NCBI GenBank assembly: GCA_964016885.1
Contig: OZ024743.1
Location: 175,150,001-175,214,000, forward strand
Direction of reading: 5' to 3'
Length of the DNA: 64,000 nucleotides
DNA from: Eledone cirrhosa
Lineage: Eukaryota
The notes below the pieces were generated by a model, which ran no database searches, was not told the origin of the DNA, and was given only the letters and a program-made list of their open reading frames with translations. Each line of letters starts with the position of its first letter. Position 1 is the stretch's first letter. A program made the position numbers and the translations under genes. Shown in pieces: positions 44,653 through 60,163 of this stretch.

Positions 44653-45554
44653 GTGTGTGTATACAGTCGCGTACGTACGTATGATTAGATATACATGGGG
44701 CGATATGTATGTATGTATATATGTGCATCCTGTGTGTGTATGTACGCTTGCATACGCTTTTGTCTGCACGTATTGCGTGTATATATATATATATTTTTTA
44801 TAGATATATGTTTCTCATAGATATATGTGTATGTACGCGTGTACCTTGTTTGTTTTGTTTTGTTTTCTTTTCTCTTCTCTAGTGTTAATTGACTACTTTC
44901 TCTTTCATTTAAATATTGTTCGATTTTTATAAATATATCGAGAATGACACTTTCTTTTAACTATTACACTCCCTTACCTCTTTATCTTCCACATATAAGT
45001 AATCACGCGTGTATGTGTGTTTATACGCGTGCCTTCATATTCTTATATGTATCTAACACACTGTTTATGTATACATGTCAACTAGATTATAAATTTATTT
45101 TCAACTTATATTATATCCGTATTTGCGGTTACATATACACAAATATACTTGCTCTCATATATATATTTACGCACACATTTTCACCATACACACGCATTTG
45201 TACATACATACATATGTACATTTGTGAGTGTATATACATACATATACACACACCTAACTATATTTCCTTATAGATTTTTATATATTTTATATGTCTATTG
45301 CATTACTTTTATTTATATATATATAATTTTTTTTGCATTTCTTGAGGAGACTTTCCAAATATTTCACTATGTTTTATATTGCCTTGTCCGACAAACGAAT
45401 GAGGACGTTTCTTTCGTATTCGTCTTATTCGGGAAACCTCTGGTAATGAGGTAATTATATTGTATTGTTTATTATACATTAAATTTTGCTCTGGTACTTA
45501 CATAGAGCAGTGTTCACTCCTATGACTTTTTCAATTTTCAACGGAAACTTCAAT

Positions 45555-45656
<102 letters not shown>

Positions 45657-45816
45657 GTGGATATATATTGAAGGATGAGTATTTTATGGAATACTGTTGG
45701 CTTCTTGCTACAATACTTTCTATACCTTTCATTTATACAGCTCCAACCGGGATTGATTGAAGCATATTCTATATTACCTTTCATTTATATATATATATAT
45801 ACATGTACATGTCTAT

Positions 45817-45932
<116 letters not shown>

Positions 45933-45945
45933 TTGTATATATGTT

Positions 45946-45981
<36 letters not shown>

Positions 45982-46042
45982 CATTAACATGTATATGCAT
46001 ATATATATTTATGTGCATATATATATATATTATATATATATA

Positions 46043-46923
46043 AATGTAAGTATGTATGTATGTATACGTACATACATATATGTATACAGACGTAAAGTAG
46101 TGTGTATATATATACATACATGCACACATATATATATGCACGTATTGGTTTACCGAACATTTATTATAATGCTCGGTTTGTTTGTAAACAAACAAACAGC
46201 CCGAATTACGTCGTACAGTGTTTAGGCAACCACGTCACCTTTTTGTTCAACACTGACACAGGAACGATGTACTAGTTTCAACCTTATTAGCTTTCGTCAG
46301 CATCGTATACCTTCCTGCCAGATGGTTGAACGTCTGAAAGTATATACTTTCCTTATGCATATTAACGGCTGAGCAGCCTAATTTGCATATCGAGTGAGTT
46401 TAGGCGGCCCGGCGCACCGAAAACGATAAATGGAATAGAATGAAACGAAATTTCATTTCTCACTCTTAGTACGGCAGTTACTTAAATGTAAGTATGTATG
46501 TATCTATACGTACATATATGTATACAGACGTACAGTAGTGTGTATATATATACATACGTGCACAGATATATATATGCACGTATCGGTTTACCGAACATTT
46601 ATTATAATGCTCGGTTTGTTTGTTTGTAAACAAACAAACAGCCCGAATTACGTCGTAGAGTGTTTAGGCAACCACGTCACCTTTTTGTTCAACACTGACA
46701 CAGGAACGATGTACTAGTTAAAACCTTATTAGCTATAGTCAGCATCGTATACCTTCCTGCCAGATGGTTGAACGTCTGAAAGTATATACTTTCCTTATGC
46801 ATATTAACAGCTGAGCAGCTTAATTTGCATATCGAGTGAGTTTAGTCGGCCGGGCGCACCGAAAACGATAAATGGAATTGCCGTATTAAGAGTGAGAAAT
46901 GAAATTTCGGTTCATTCTATTCC

Positions 46924-46925
<2 letters not shown>
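46043..46925 (-). mobile_element. Near-dimer of the 442-bp non-coding HHR unit (retrozyme-like family R1)
   Basis: Period 442 bp (HHR at 46265 and 46707); inverted terminal piece about 46878-46923; flanked by TA-rich repeats. Confidence 0.8.
46265..46305 (-). ncRNA. Type I HHR
   Basis: CGATG-CTGACGA-AAGC TAATAA GGTT-GAAA-CTAG-TA^-CATCG; palindromic ACTAGT stem III. Confidence 0.8.
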
Positions 46926-46964
<39 letters not shown>

Positions 46965-48469
46965 CGCACATAAATAATATGTATGCATTTGTATGTGTGT
47001 ATGCGTCATCGTATATGTGTGCACCAATAATTATTTTCTTGTTATCGCTTCCCATCTACGAGACTGTCAGACAGAGGCCCCGAAGAAATCTCAGTCAAAA
47101 CTAGACATTTCTGATTCTCATCAATGTCTCATATTTACTTATTTTTTTATTTATTTGGTTTTCCTCTTTTAGAGATGGTGATAAAGGTGAAAACTTAATG
47201 TGTTGGTTGTAATGAAATTATTACGACAGTCAATCTCTCTGTCTAGTGGCTCTGAAAATTCAGTGTAATTCAGAGATTTATATCTTAACATGGCTTAGAA
47301 GAAAAAAAAAAATGATGATTTACTTGCAAATAGAGAAAACAAATGAACGATAAAATTAATTTGTTACGGTTGTTGTCGTCGTTACTGCCACCATTGCCAC
47401 CATCATTTCTACCACTTCCACCGTCGTTAGAGTTGTTGTCATCATTGTTGTCATTGTAGTTGATTTTGTTGTCATTTTAGCTGATTTTGTTGTTGTTGTT
47501 GTTGCTGTCGTCGGTCTTGAGATTATTGTTTTAGTTGTCGTCATTGTTGTTGTTGAAGTTGTCATTGTAGTTGATTTTGTTATTGTTGTTGTTGTCGTTC
47601 TTGTTTTAATTGTCGTCATTGTTGTAGTTGGCTAACTTCAAGTCAGCCCTGAATGAGCAAACTACGATTAAAGACATCCCGACCGTGACAATTCCATCAT
47701 ATCAATGAGAACATTGTCTAATATGTCTATTATTTGTTTAGGACAATGATTACGAGTGTGATTTAGGGAATATTTCATTGATATCTGAAGTAGGTCGAGT
47801 GACAAAGTATTGGCTGGCCCGTTAGATATATTTGTTTAAGTGATGTTGTTTTATCAAAGAGCTATCGTCAGATTGGGCCAAGGAAACTATGTTTCGATTG
47901 TCTTTCCATTCATTATACTGTTTCAGTGGCCACGCCTGGAAGAAGGAAGCAAGATTTGAACTCAGAACGCATAGAGCTGGATCAGCTACAGTAAAGCGTC
48001 CCACCCATCTCTTCAACAATTCCGTTAAACCACAGCTCTTGTACTATTGCATTATTTATCTCGGCAAGATTTGAACTCAGAACGCAGTGAGCTGGGAAAA
48101 TACTAAACACTTAAACTGACACTAGTTCTTCTGATTCCTTATCTTTTAAAAATAATTATTGTTTTCAGCTTAAAAAACGATTTTGTGTATTTCCTTTGTG
48201 AAAAATATCTTCTTCTTCTTCTTCTTCTTCTTGAGAGGGTCGCGGGGGCAGAAACAACCGTCTCCAAATTGATCCGGTTGAATTCCCATGTGGGACCAAC
48301 AATCTCCTGTCGGTGGTTTTTGCCGTAAAATAAATATCTGCATCAGAAAATATAGAGTCGTTTATTTAAAAAAATCAAGTTCATTTTATATTTTTAGTCA
48401 ATATAATTTAATTTTATGATTGTTTCGGCGCCAGAGATTTACAGGTGAGAAGTAGAATCGATTTATTTA

Positions 48470-48595
48470 ACTGAGGTGGCGAATTGCCAAAGTCATTAGA
48501 ATGTCGGATAGTTCAGGACTCTACGCACTGAGTTCAAATCCGGCCGAGGTCGTCTTCGCTTTTTATCCTTTCGAAGGCGATCGAAACGTGCCAGT
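48470..48595 (+). mobile_element. Diverged SINE
   Basis: GAGTTCAAATCCGGCCGAGGTC..CTTTTATCCTTTCG matches the SINE family. Confidence 0.65.
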
Positions 48596-48707
48596 GTTTG
48601 CTGCTATTTTACTGGGGACATTTACAAAAAGATTAGTCAATGAAAATACTTTTAAAATTGTGTAAAAATGAGGGTATATAAACGAATAAGTATGAATAAT
48701 GAATAAC

Positions 48708-48738
<31 letters not shown>

Positions 48739-49102
48739 CTTTGTTTATGATAATATTTCTCATTTATTAATATTTTGAATAATATTATAAATACTCCATT
48801 TAAAACTGTCGAGTGCTTCTAATCTATTGTAAAATTGAATTCGTTGAATAATCAACGAACCATATAAACTTTTGGTTATATATATATATATAAGACCAGG
48901 CCACCCGACCTAACATCGCCCACGACAGGACAACCCATATAACCCATGTTAGCGTGGAAGAATGGACGTAAAACGGTGATGATGATGATATACATATATG
49001 TTAAAGAGGTTTATGTTTGACCGTAAGCACACGCGGTTTCAGCTTGTAACCTCTCCAAGCTTCTTCATTTGTGGGCTTCCCGATCTTCGCACTGCTGACA
49101 CT

Positions 49103-49157
<55 letters not shown>

Positions 49158-49159
<2 letters not shown>

Positions 49160-49254
49160 GGGTGTCCCAATAAATGTATACTCATTTCGATTACCTGCAC
49201 AGGCAATATTTATTAGATGGTGTATACATGCTGTATACATGTTTTGGGGACACC

Positions 49255-49257
<3 letters not shown>
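49158..49257. mobile_element. Tc1/mariner-type MITE
   Basis: TIRs CAGGGTGTCCC / GGGACACCCTG within TA tracts; related half copy at about 52422-52480. Confidence 0.7.
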
Positions 49258-49308
<51 letters not shown>

Positions 49309-50329
49309 GGAAAAGGAAAATAGAAATAATATAGCAAATGGCACAGTACAATGAAGAAATATATTAGTTTTATATAAATATGTATATATATATATGTACG
49401 TATATGTATGCATAAATTCCTAAAACACAAACACGTTTTTGTTTATGTTTATATATATAAATGTGTGTGTGTGTGTATATACATGTGTGTATGTGTATAC
49501 ATGTGTGTATGAGCATATATATGTGTGTATACGTACATATGTGTGTTTGTGTGTCTAGTGTTTAGCTTTGAATATTTCAGTATGTGAGTCATTTCATCTT
49601 TGAATAATTCATATAGAAATAGCTAACAATTATAAGCTAATTAGACGTAGTTTACTTAAAGGTTATATAGACTGGACTTCCTATACATCCTACCAAACTA
49701 ATATTGCAGAAATCCTTCCGGTTGTGCAAGTAAACAAAACAATGTTGGATCAAATTTTATTTAATTTGTTTTAAGATAACATTAATTCAAATTCTAATCA
49801 ACTATTGGCTTTCGATATTTAATGAAATATTTACCAAGATTTACTTAATTAAATTGAATTGTGTTAAAATGACATTAACTTAGATGTTCATCAACCATCG
49901 ACATTTACTAATTAATCAAATGAATATTTAAATAAAATACTACGCAATGCAGTAGTAATATATACTTTAAGAAGGGAGTTCACAAGATGTGTTAGCAAAC
50001 CTCCAGAGAAACAATGTCTTCTCTGTAAAACTATCTTGCCATTGACTCTAATTTGATGCATGTGTCTGTATGGTGTGTGTGTGTGTGTGTGGATGTGTAG
50101 TAGATCTCCGCCAGTTCTGACGATGTATGTTCTAGTTGTTAGGTAACGGATCAGAGCAGCTGATACACACACTTATACACTCATATATATATATATATAT
50201 ATATATGCTTATAATCATATATAAAATCATGTATATATATATATATATATACATACATATATATATATATTATATACACATACATATATATATACATATA
50301 TATATATACATATATATATACACACACAT

Positions 50330-50362
<33 letters not shown>

Positions 50363-50424
50363 CAAATGACCGGAACAAGCAAACATTAAACAATCTTTTA
50401 AATAAATTAAAATACGATTTAAAT

Positions 50425-50542
<118 letters not shown>

Positions 50543-50899
50543 ATATATTCATACACACATACATTTTTTTTTTTCATATATCTATATGTATGAATTTTGT
50601 GTGTATATGCATTCTATAACCTTAAATTTGCTGTGGCTTACATTAAATGTTTTATATATTGACTACCTGCTAAAAGTGTAAATGGCTGAGCACTCAACAG
50701 ACACATGTACTCTTAACGTAATTCTCAGGGAGATTCAGCATGACAGATAATTAGACAGGTTTGACATTTGAATTACAGGGACATCTCATTATGCCCAGCT
50801 AAGTAGACGTGAATAACCTTTAAAAAAGTGGTTTGCCCAAGGACACAACACGTCGCTGAGAAACGAACTTACTAAAAGTGAGCTGAACATCACTGATCA

Positions 50900-51302
50900 C
50901 TAACCACGCAACCAGCACCACCACCACCACCACAGTCACTACCACCAATACCAGAACTACCACCACCACCACCGCCACCACCACCACAACCACCACCATC
51001 AGCAGCACTACCATCCAGCACCAGCACCAACACCACCACCACAACCACTATCACAACTACTACCACCACAACCACTACCACCACTACTACCAATACCAGC
51101 ACTACCATCACCACCACCACCACTACCACCACCACCCACCCACACCACCACCACCACCACTACTACTACCAATACCAGCACTACCATCACCACCACCACC
51201 ACCACCACCACTACCCCCACCACCACCACCACCAGCACTACCATCACCACCACCACCACCACCACCACCACAACTACCATCACCAGTGCCACCACCACCA
51301 AC
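50900..51302. repeat. Degenerate (CAC)n repeat
   Basis: Direct inspection. Confidence 0.9.
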
Positions 51303-51987
51303 ATAACAGATATCTTTATGGGAAATATACAACAGCTTTAATATAATACATATATAGATAAAATTGTAAAGAAATAACAATTCACTATTTTTCTCAGCAT
51401 AGATACTCCGTGACAGGTTCTCATTCTCAAATATTTGCAAATCACTCCTAAGATTGTTCTCCCTTCACTAACATAGAGGTTCCTTCATTTGCCCGTCAGT
51501 GGTCTGTTATCATTTGTAATAACCCCGCAAAAATAAGGCAGCATGTGCAACTAAAATTATATAGTTCTTATCTGGCTGGACTGAATGTAGCTGTCACAAC
51601 AGGAACGAGATTTTAGACGATTTGTAAAAAGAAAAACGATAATCGAAATGATTTGTATTTGCATATTCCGCAATTCCTTATCAGTTAATGTTTCCATTTA
51701 TTTTATTTTATTTTTTTGTATTGAGTATCTTGAAATGTTGCATAATATTGCTGCAATTCTCAGACCGGGAAATAGGATATAACTTTGATCTGTAATTTTA
51801 AGGAAGTGTAGTTTCGATTACAAATCAGCTTATTGGTGTCTTACAAATTCCAATCCTTTTCAAGTCACAAAGTCTCCGATGTATTAGAATAGAGAGCTGG
51901 AAATTCACTATAGTCCGGAATTAACGAGTATTTACACAAACACACAGATATACACAGGCACGTACACACACAGACACGCAAACACAC

Positions 51988-52366
<379 letters not shown>

Positions 52367-52715
52367 GAGGTAAATTTCTTTGATCAGTTATAGTTACATT
52401 AAAGACAATTGAATATATATACAGGTGTCCCCCAAAATGTATACACACTTTGATTACCTGTACAAGTAATATTCATTACAATGCTGTTGACGTTTTAATC
52501 ATTTGACTTTTTATTTAACTTTATTTTACACTACTCCGGAGTAACCAAACCAACCTGCGCACTTCGTCGAGTGCTCCAGCCTGCATACTGAGGTGTTGGT
52601 ATACAACCAACATATACTCAAAATATATATATATATATATATATACGTTATTCCGGGTTGAATCGGAGGTAACCACAGTAAGTAAGGTACTCAATACATA
52701 GCAGAGTATAAAAGT

Positions 52716-52760
52716 TTCCTGATGATTTCTAAAGAATGAAACAGTTCTAGTCCTGTAGAA
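52716..52760 (+). ncRNA. Type I HHR (family B; element 52646-52768)
   Basis: TTC-CTGATGA-TTTC TAAA GAAT-GAAA-CAG TTCTAGTC CTG-TA^-GAA. Confidence 0.65.
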
Positions 52761-53030
52761 TCTTACCTATATATATATATATATATATAGTTACATTAAA
52801 GACAGTTGTGCTAAGCTGGTCTCAAAAGCATTGGACCTGTAGAAAAACCAAACAAAACTTAATGGAAGTCGACATAAAGCGATTACTGTACCAGTAAGAA
52901 AAATAATAGCGAAAACTTCAAAACTAATATATGTATATATTATATATAGACACATTTATATGACTTCCTTACCATCATAATATATACACACATACTTATG
53001 CATGCATACACACACACATACACACATACG

Positions 53031-53146
<116 letters not shown>

Positions 53147-53812
53147 AAGAATTAAAGATCTCTGGGGATTTGACACAGTATGTTGCAGCCAAGCTGAGAA
53201 TCAATTCAAGTGATAATTACTACAGTATTGAATTCCACATATCATCTCGCGCCATTCTTAATACTATCCGGAGAACTTTTCTCATAATCCAACGTGTGAT
53301 ATATTTGTAAACACTATTTTAAAGAACGACACTAACACACACACGCACACACACACACACGCGCGCGCACACACACAAGCACACAGACACAGACACAGAC
53401 ACACACGCACACACACACACATATACCTACACACAGAGACACACACAAACACTCTTGCAATATACATACACATAAACACATAAACACACACACACGCACA
53501 CATATATGTATATATATATATCTTGTCATCAAGCTCAAAGATTTTTTTCATGAAATGGCATATTTCTATATACATTTTATGCGTGTGTATGTCTGAATAT
53601 ATATATATATATATAATATATTATTTATACTCCAGTCCTACAAACTGTAGAGTGCTACTTATCCGATATTGCTTTATTGTACTACAATAAAACTCACCTC
53701 CGACATATATATATATATATATATATATATACCACCACCCTACTCTCAAGAGCGTGGAATTAATAAACATTCGTTGTACTGCCTCTCTGTTTTGTTCCTG
53801 TTCAAATTTTCC

Positions 53813-53880
<68 letters not shown>

Positions 53881-53949
53881 CGTTACTCCGGGTTGAATCG
53901 GAGGTAACCACAGTAAGTAAGGTACTCAATACATAGCAGAGTATAAAAG

Positions 53950-53994
53950 TTCCTGATGATTTCTAAAGAATGAAACAGTTCTAGTCCTGTAGAA
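53950..53994 (+). ncRNA. Type I HHR (family B; element 53881-54002)
   Basis: Same core as 52716; decayed relatives at about 16000-16050 and 36050-36150. Confidence 0.65.
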
Positions 53995-54009
53995 TCTCAT
54001 CTATATTAA

Positions 54010-54113
<104 letters not shown>

Positions 54114-54172
54114 TTATATATATATATATATTTATATATTTATATATATATAAATATATTTATATATTTATA

Positions 54173-54258
<86 letters not shown>

Positions 54259-54910
54259 AATTAGAGACGGCGAGAAACAGAGGGACAGAATGAGGGAGTA
54301 AAAATGTAAAAATAGAGACAGAGAAAGCGTGTGAGAAAAAGAAAGATCTATATATGTACATATACACATACATACTAATATATATATTGTGCGTGTGTGT
54401 ATAATTGAAGGTGATTAAAGTTGATTATCTAGATTCGATAATATTGATCCAAGACATTCACAGGAGTCGCATGTCTGTCTTATTAGTGTTCACTTTATCA
54501 TTTTATAAATGGTATTCTCGGCACCAAGTCTCAGAGAATACCAAGAAGTAATGGCGTCTCATTCACAACTTTCTGATTTGATTATTAGTATAGTATGATT
54601 AACGAAATAACATTGCAGTTTAAACTGAACTCAGTATGTTACAATATCTCAATTGTAATGTGTACACACCGAGATACACACACAAGCACACAATCGTACA
54701 CGTAGAAACATAGATGTGTATAACACATACATACTTATATAGATATATACGCATAAATATATATATATATATATAATATATATATCAATGTGAGGTATAT
54801 GATTTTTAATGCAATGAAATATCTATGATCGTCGGCAAATCACTGATGAGGGACTAATTTTATTACATGTTATCCATGTGCAACCTGCAGTATTCTTCTC
54901 CCCATTTTTT

Positions 54911-55002
<92 letters not shown>

Positions 55003-55019
55003 AACAAATATACGTGTGA

Positions 55020-55084
<65 letters not shown>

Positions 55085-55087
<3 letters not shown>

Positions 55088-55722
55088 TTTCTGAATTTGT
55101 TTAGCAAGATTCTTTATCTGAAAACGTGTGTTGAAACCGATATTGTTATACTTTGGGAGGGTCATGTTGCCAATAAGAAACACACGCACCAATTGCTTTC
55201 ACTTCAATTTATTATAATAAATTTATAAATTTAGGAATTTATAAATTTCCGGTTGGTTGGTTCCACAACCAGATGGTTGTTTATATATTGTCAAAGTTCT
55301 TTCGTCACACATTCTGTGACCTCTTCAGGGACTGGGGATTCTTTTCTTTGTTTTTGTGCCTCTCCTTTGTTCTGTCCTACGCCATCATTTATCTGTGTTT
55401 CACACACAGAAACAAGATGGCGTAGGACAGAACAAAGGAGAGGCACAAAAACAAAGAAAAGAATCCCCAGTCACTGAAGAGGTCACAGAATGTGTGACGA
55501 AAGAACTTTGACAATATATAAACAACCATCTGGTTGTGGAACCAACCAACCAACCAACCGGAAATTTATAAATTCCTAAATTTATAAGTTTATTATAATA
55601 AATTGAAGTGAAAGCAACTGGTGCGTGTGTTTCTTATTGGCAACATGACCCTCCCAAAGTATAACAATATCGGTTTCAACACACGTTTTCAGATAAAGAA
55701 TCTTGCTAAACAAATTTAGAAA

Positions 55723-55725
<3 letters not shown>
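55085..55725. mobile_element. Near-perfect fold-back of the Nematis-like PLE 3' UTR, with HHRs at 55290-55332 (-) and 55470-55512 (+)
   Basis: Arms of about 305 bp; (TA)n on both sides. Confidence 0.85.
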
Positions 55726-55805
<80 letters not shown>

Positions 55806-56753
55806 TAGATAGATAGAGAGAGAGAGAAAGAGAGAGAGAGAGATGTACTCACACTCACACACACGAATACACACACACATACACACACACACATATACCC
55901 ATACACATATACCCACACATTACACGTATGTCTTTTGCTTACTCCAGAGAACATTTAACATGTTATATAACTGACAATGAAATACACGGTTGGTTGGTGA
56001 TACCTAACAGTAGATTGGAGACATGATAGTGGTGGTGGTTGTTGTGATAGTGGTGGTGGTGGTGATGATGCTAGTGGTAGTGGTGATACATCAAAGTAGA
56101 TTGGAGACATGGTGGTGCTGGTGGTGATACCTAACAGTAGATTGGAGACATGATGGTGGTGGTGGTGGTTGTTGTTGTTGTTGTGGTGGCGGTGGTGGTG
56201 GTGGTAGTGGTGGTGGTGGGGTGGTGGTGGTGGTGGTGATCGTTGAGGCGGAGATGTTGGTGGTGGCAGTGGTAGTGAAAATAATCTTTACTATGATATT
56301 GAGTACTTATTTTCGCAACCATTAATACTAAATGGATATTACATCAAGATATTTATGCATATATATATATATATATATATACACAAGAAGAAAGAGGAGA
56401 GAGGCAGGTAAAGAATAAGAAAATAGTAGTATAAATATACCAATAGATAGATAGTAAGCTATATAGATATATTAATAGCAAGATAGATATGTTTCTTTTA
56501 TTTGCCACCAGGGCATCAAAAGTGGGACAAGTAGAATGGGGGGAGTTTACAAAACAAGGCGTCCTCAATAAGGAGGAGGCAATAACAAGATATAAAAATA
56601 AAATAAAATATAACAAAAGATAAAATTTATAACAAAGTCCTCAATAGAGAGGAGGCGCATTGGGGGGTCGCACACACCCCCGAAAAAAGTGTGCAACCCT
56701 TTTCCTCAGGAGCACAGAGAAGAGGTGCTCCCTTGGTCTTTCATCTTCCTCAC

Positions 56754-59700
56754 CTATAGTCTGATGTAGAGTGAAGGCCCATTCACACGGGCCATTCTCG
56801 CCACTTTCACCCATCTTTCATAAAAACGGCTGGGGTGCAGCACCTCTCTCTCCATCCTGATGCTTCTTCCGAAATGATATCGGAAGAAACGGACCAGTTG
56901 TTGGCCAGAGAGAAAGGTGTCTGACCTCAGTCCTTTCAGACGCGTCCACCATACAACCTCTTTCGCCATGGCTATTACGCACAGAAACACCGCCTCTTCT
57001 TCGTTTTTGAAGAGGGGAGGCGGCTTGATCGTTACAATAGACTCGGTGGTCAACCGGATCGGTTCCACCCTTGACAGCAGTTGTTCGACATAGCCCCACA
57101 GATCGGCAATGCCCGAGCAGTGTACCAATGCGTGTGCAACGGTTTCCTCGTCGCACACGCATCTGGGACAGATCTTTTTCGAGGGGTCCCTACCCGGGCG
57201 CCCGTGTCTGTAGAGCCTTTCTCGAACGGGCAGAGCCCTTCTGTAGCATTGCCAGGCCAGGGACCTCTGGAAGTTGTCCATGGGTCCCGGGCTGAATGTC
57301 CTACCGAACAGGTTGGCCAGTTCGTCTTCCTCCATGCCTAGGGCTTCTCCGAGGGCGTCGTCGCACCTGCTAACCACCAGCCCTCTATAGAATGACGAGG
57401 TGGATTCTCCACTGACAGCCGGGTAAGCCTGCCAGAGTTTTCTCGGTCTTTGCTTGACCCAGGATTGCAGCTCGGTGAGTGAGACGAGTCTGGGAAAGGC
57501 TCGCCTCACAAACGGGGCCCACACCGGTTGACCGGAGAGGAATACCTGAAGGTGCCGTAGCCTTAATGCGTGTTTACGTATCATTAGCCACGGCATCCCC
57601 AGCCCTCCTTTCGAAGGGTGTTGACAGCAGATGGATCTCCTCACCATAGGAGCCCGCTTCTTCCAAAGGAATTGGAAGAGTGCGCGCTCCATTTTGGCGA
57701 GCGTTTCCCTTGGGCAAGGCACAACGGTCAGGCGGTAGTAGATGACGGACGCTATATAAGTGTTCGCCACCTCCGCCCGACCTTTCAGGGACAGTTTGCA
57801 CTCGGCCCACTTCTGGGTCTGTGCAAACAGCCTGTTCGTTACCTCACCCCAGTTCTTCTCCACCTAGAGATCTGGTTCGAAACAGACCCCGAGCAACTTC
57901 ACCGGGCCCTCCGTCCAGCGCCCGACGACGCCATCGGAGGGCATCGATCTGCCCCTCCACGTGCCGAGTTGCAGACCGATCGACTTGTCCCGGTTCAGCT
58001 TAGCCCCTGTAAACCTTTCGTACTCCTCCAGTAAGGTGCCGATCGCCCCGATTTCCGAGGCCGTAGACACCATTACTGTTACGTCATCGGCGTAGGCTGA
58101 CACCACTTTCCGCAATCCCGGTTCCAACGGGATGCCCTGCAACAACTCCAACTTCCGCAGCAGTGGCTCTAGAGTCATTACATACAGAAGGGAGGAGAGA
58201 GGGCACCCCCTGTCGGATGGACCGCGCGATTTCGAACGGCTCCGAGAGGTAGCCATTCACCTTGACCCTAGAGCAGATGCGGCTGCTGTGCATGGCATTG
58301 ATCCAGCCCCTGAAAATGGGTCCGAAGCCTGCCGCCGCTAGCACCGCATCCATGGTCGACCCTATCGAATGCCTTAGATTGATCCAAGTTGATCAGGGCC
58401 CCACCAAAGCCGGGTTCTTCCCAACCCTCTCTATGATGTATCGCATGTGGTGGAGGTTGTCGTGGATGGACCTGGACGAGATAGCACATGTCTGCGCATC
58501 TCCCACCAGGTTACCCACGACAAGCGCCAACCTCTTTGCTAGCACCTTGGCCAAAATCTGTAACTCTGTATTCAGCAGAGTTATGGGCCTGAAATTATTT
58601 ATATCGTCCCCTTGTTCTCGTCTTTCCTCACTAGCGTGACTACGCCCTTGGTCACAGCACAGGGAATTCTCCCGTTCTGTCGCCAGTTGCAGTAGACCGC
58701 CTCGAGGAGATCGGGGAACAAGTCCGGCATAGCTAGATATAGTTCGTATGGAAGACCATCGAGACCCGGGGATTTGTGTTTGCCGCATTGGCTCAGCACG
58801 TCCTCTATCTCAGCGGCTGAAATCGGCTCCTCGCAGGACTTCGCTTCCCTGTCCGAGAGACGCGGCAAGCCGTGGTGGTATGGACCGAAGTCCACATCCC
58901 CAACCGGCTCCCCGCCCCTTCCAAACAATCCGGCAAAGTGCTTTTGAAAAGCCTCGCACATCTTCTTAGGTTCAAGGATCACCCGTCCATCCTGGTCTCG
59001 CAAAGACCGGATAGTGGATCTGCTCCCTCTTTTGGCTTCTGTCAGGCGGGCCCAGCTAACAGCTTTGGCCCCCTCGTTTCCCAGAGCACGTATTTTGCTT
59101 CGGACGATGCAGCCTTCGTGTTTCGCGTCGAAGAACTGGCCCAGGGCCGTTCTCGACGCTAGCACTCTGGCCACGTCGCCGCTTCTAATTGCCTCTTCTA
59201 CACTATCACCCAACTCCCTTTCCTTTCTATTTCTATTTGAGGCTAACTCCTTACTAAATTCTATAGAGACTACTCTAATCTCTCTTTTGAGAGATCCCAC
59301 CACCTGCTGTTGACGATGGCGCCCGTTAACCGCTCCTTAACTAAAGTGCTAATCCGGTCCCTGTAAGCCTTACTTGCCGGTAAGGACAAGTTGAGCTTCC
59401 AGTAACCGGGTCCCTGTCTATGAGTTCTGTCAAGGTTGACCATGCAGGTCACTAACTTGTGGTCTGAATAGCCAACCATGCGAATTTTTGGACAACTTAA
59501 AAAGTCCTTATCCTTAATTATAACTAAGAACCTATCTAGGTACGACCTAGATGATCCGCTACGATTTGCTCAAGTCCAGGTTGGCGCAGTCGGAAAATCT
59601 AGTCGATATCTATCGGCCAGGTCAAATCGACCGATTAACCCTTTGAGGCTATCGCACCCCTCTCTATCGGGACAGGCCCCTACGTAGTCCCAGCGTGCAT

Positions 59701-60139
59701 CTAGGATACCATTCCAGTCCCCCACTAATAGCAAGGAGCGGGACGTCCCTAGAAAAGTCTCCAGACGATGGAAAAAGTCCGGCAGCATTGACCCGAAAGG
59801 GCCGTAGGCGGCTACCAACCTAAACGCTCCGCCTTTACCACTGCCAAGGTCCAGAACAACTAGTCGACCCTCCGGGTCCAAATGTACCATCTGTGTTGCG
59901 AGACCCAGATGTTTTTGCAGCAGAACGACAACCCCACCCCCACCTCCGGGCTGACAGAGAGATGCGTGCATCTCAAAGTCATCAAAGGTGGAGGCCAGCT
60001 GCCGCACGTTGCTGATCCGGGCCTCGCAAATAACCATCACATCTATACGTTGTGACCTGGGGTCATTTAGAAGCATTGCTTGCTTCCAAGTTGAGCCCAG
60101 GCCACGCGCATTTAAACAGCCTACTCTTAGCATGGCCAT
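56754..60139 (-). pseudogene. ORF2 (APE-RT-zinc finger), disrupted
   Basis: Collinear pieces 59570-60163, 59270-59479, 58599-59303, 58393-58788, 57864-58256 and 56754-57863. Confidence 0.9.
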
Positions 60140-60163
60140 GTTGGTGGTGAAGAGAAAAGGCAC

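Noticed and set aside
54842-54880. CTGATGA hammerhead-like core (also 15406 and 44441)
   Set aside because: No stem II closed by GAAA and no stem III.
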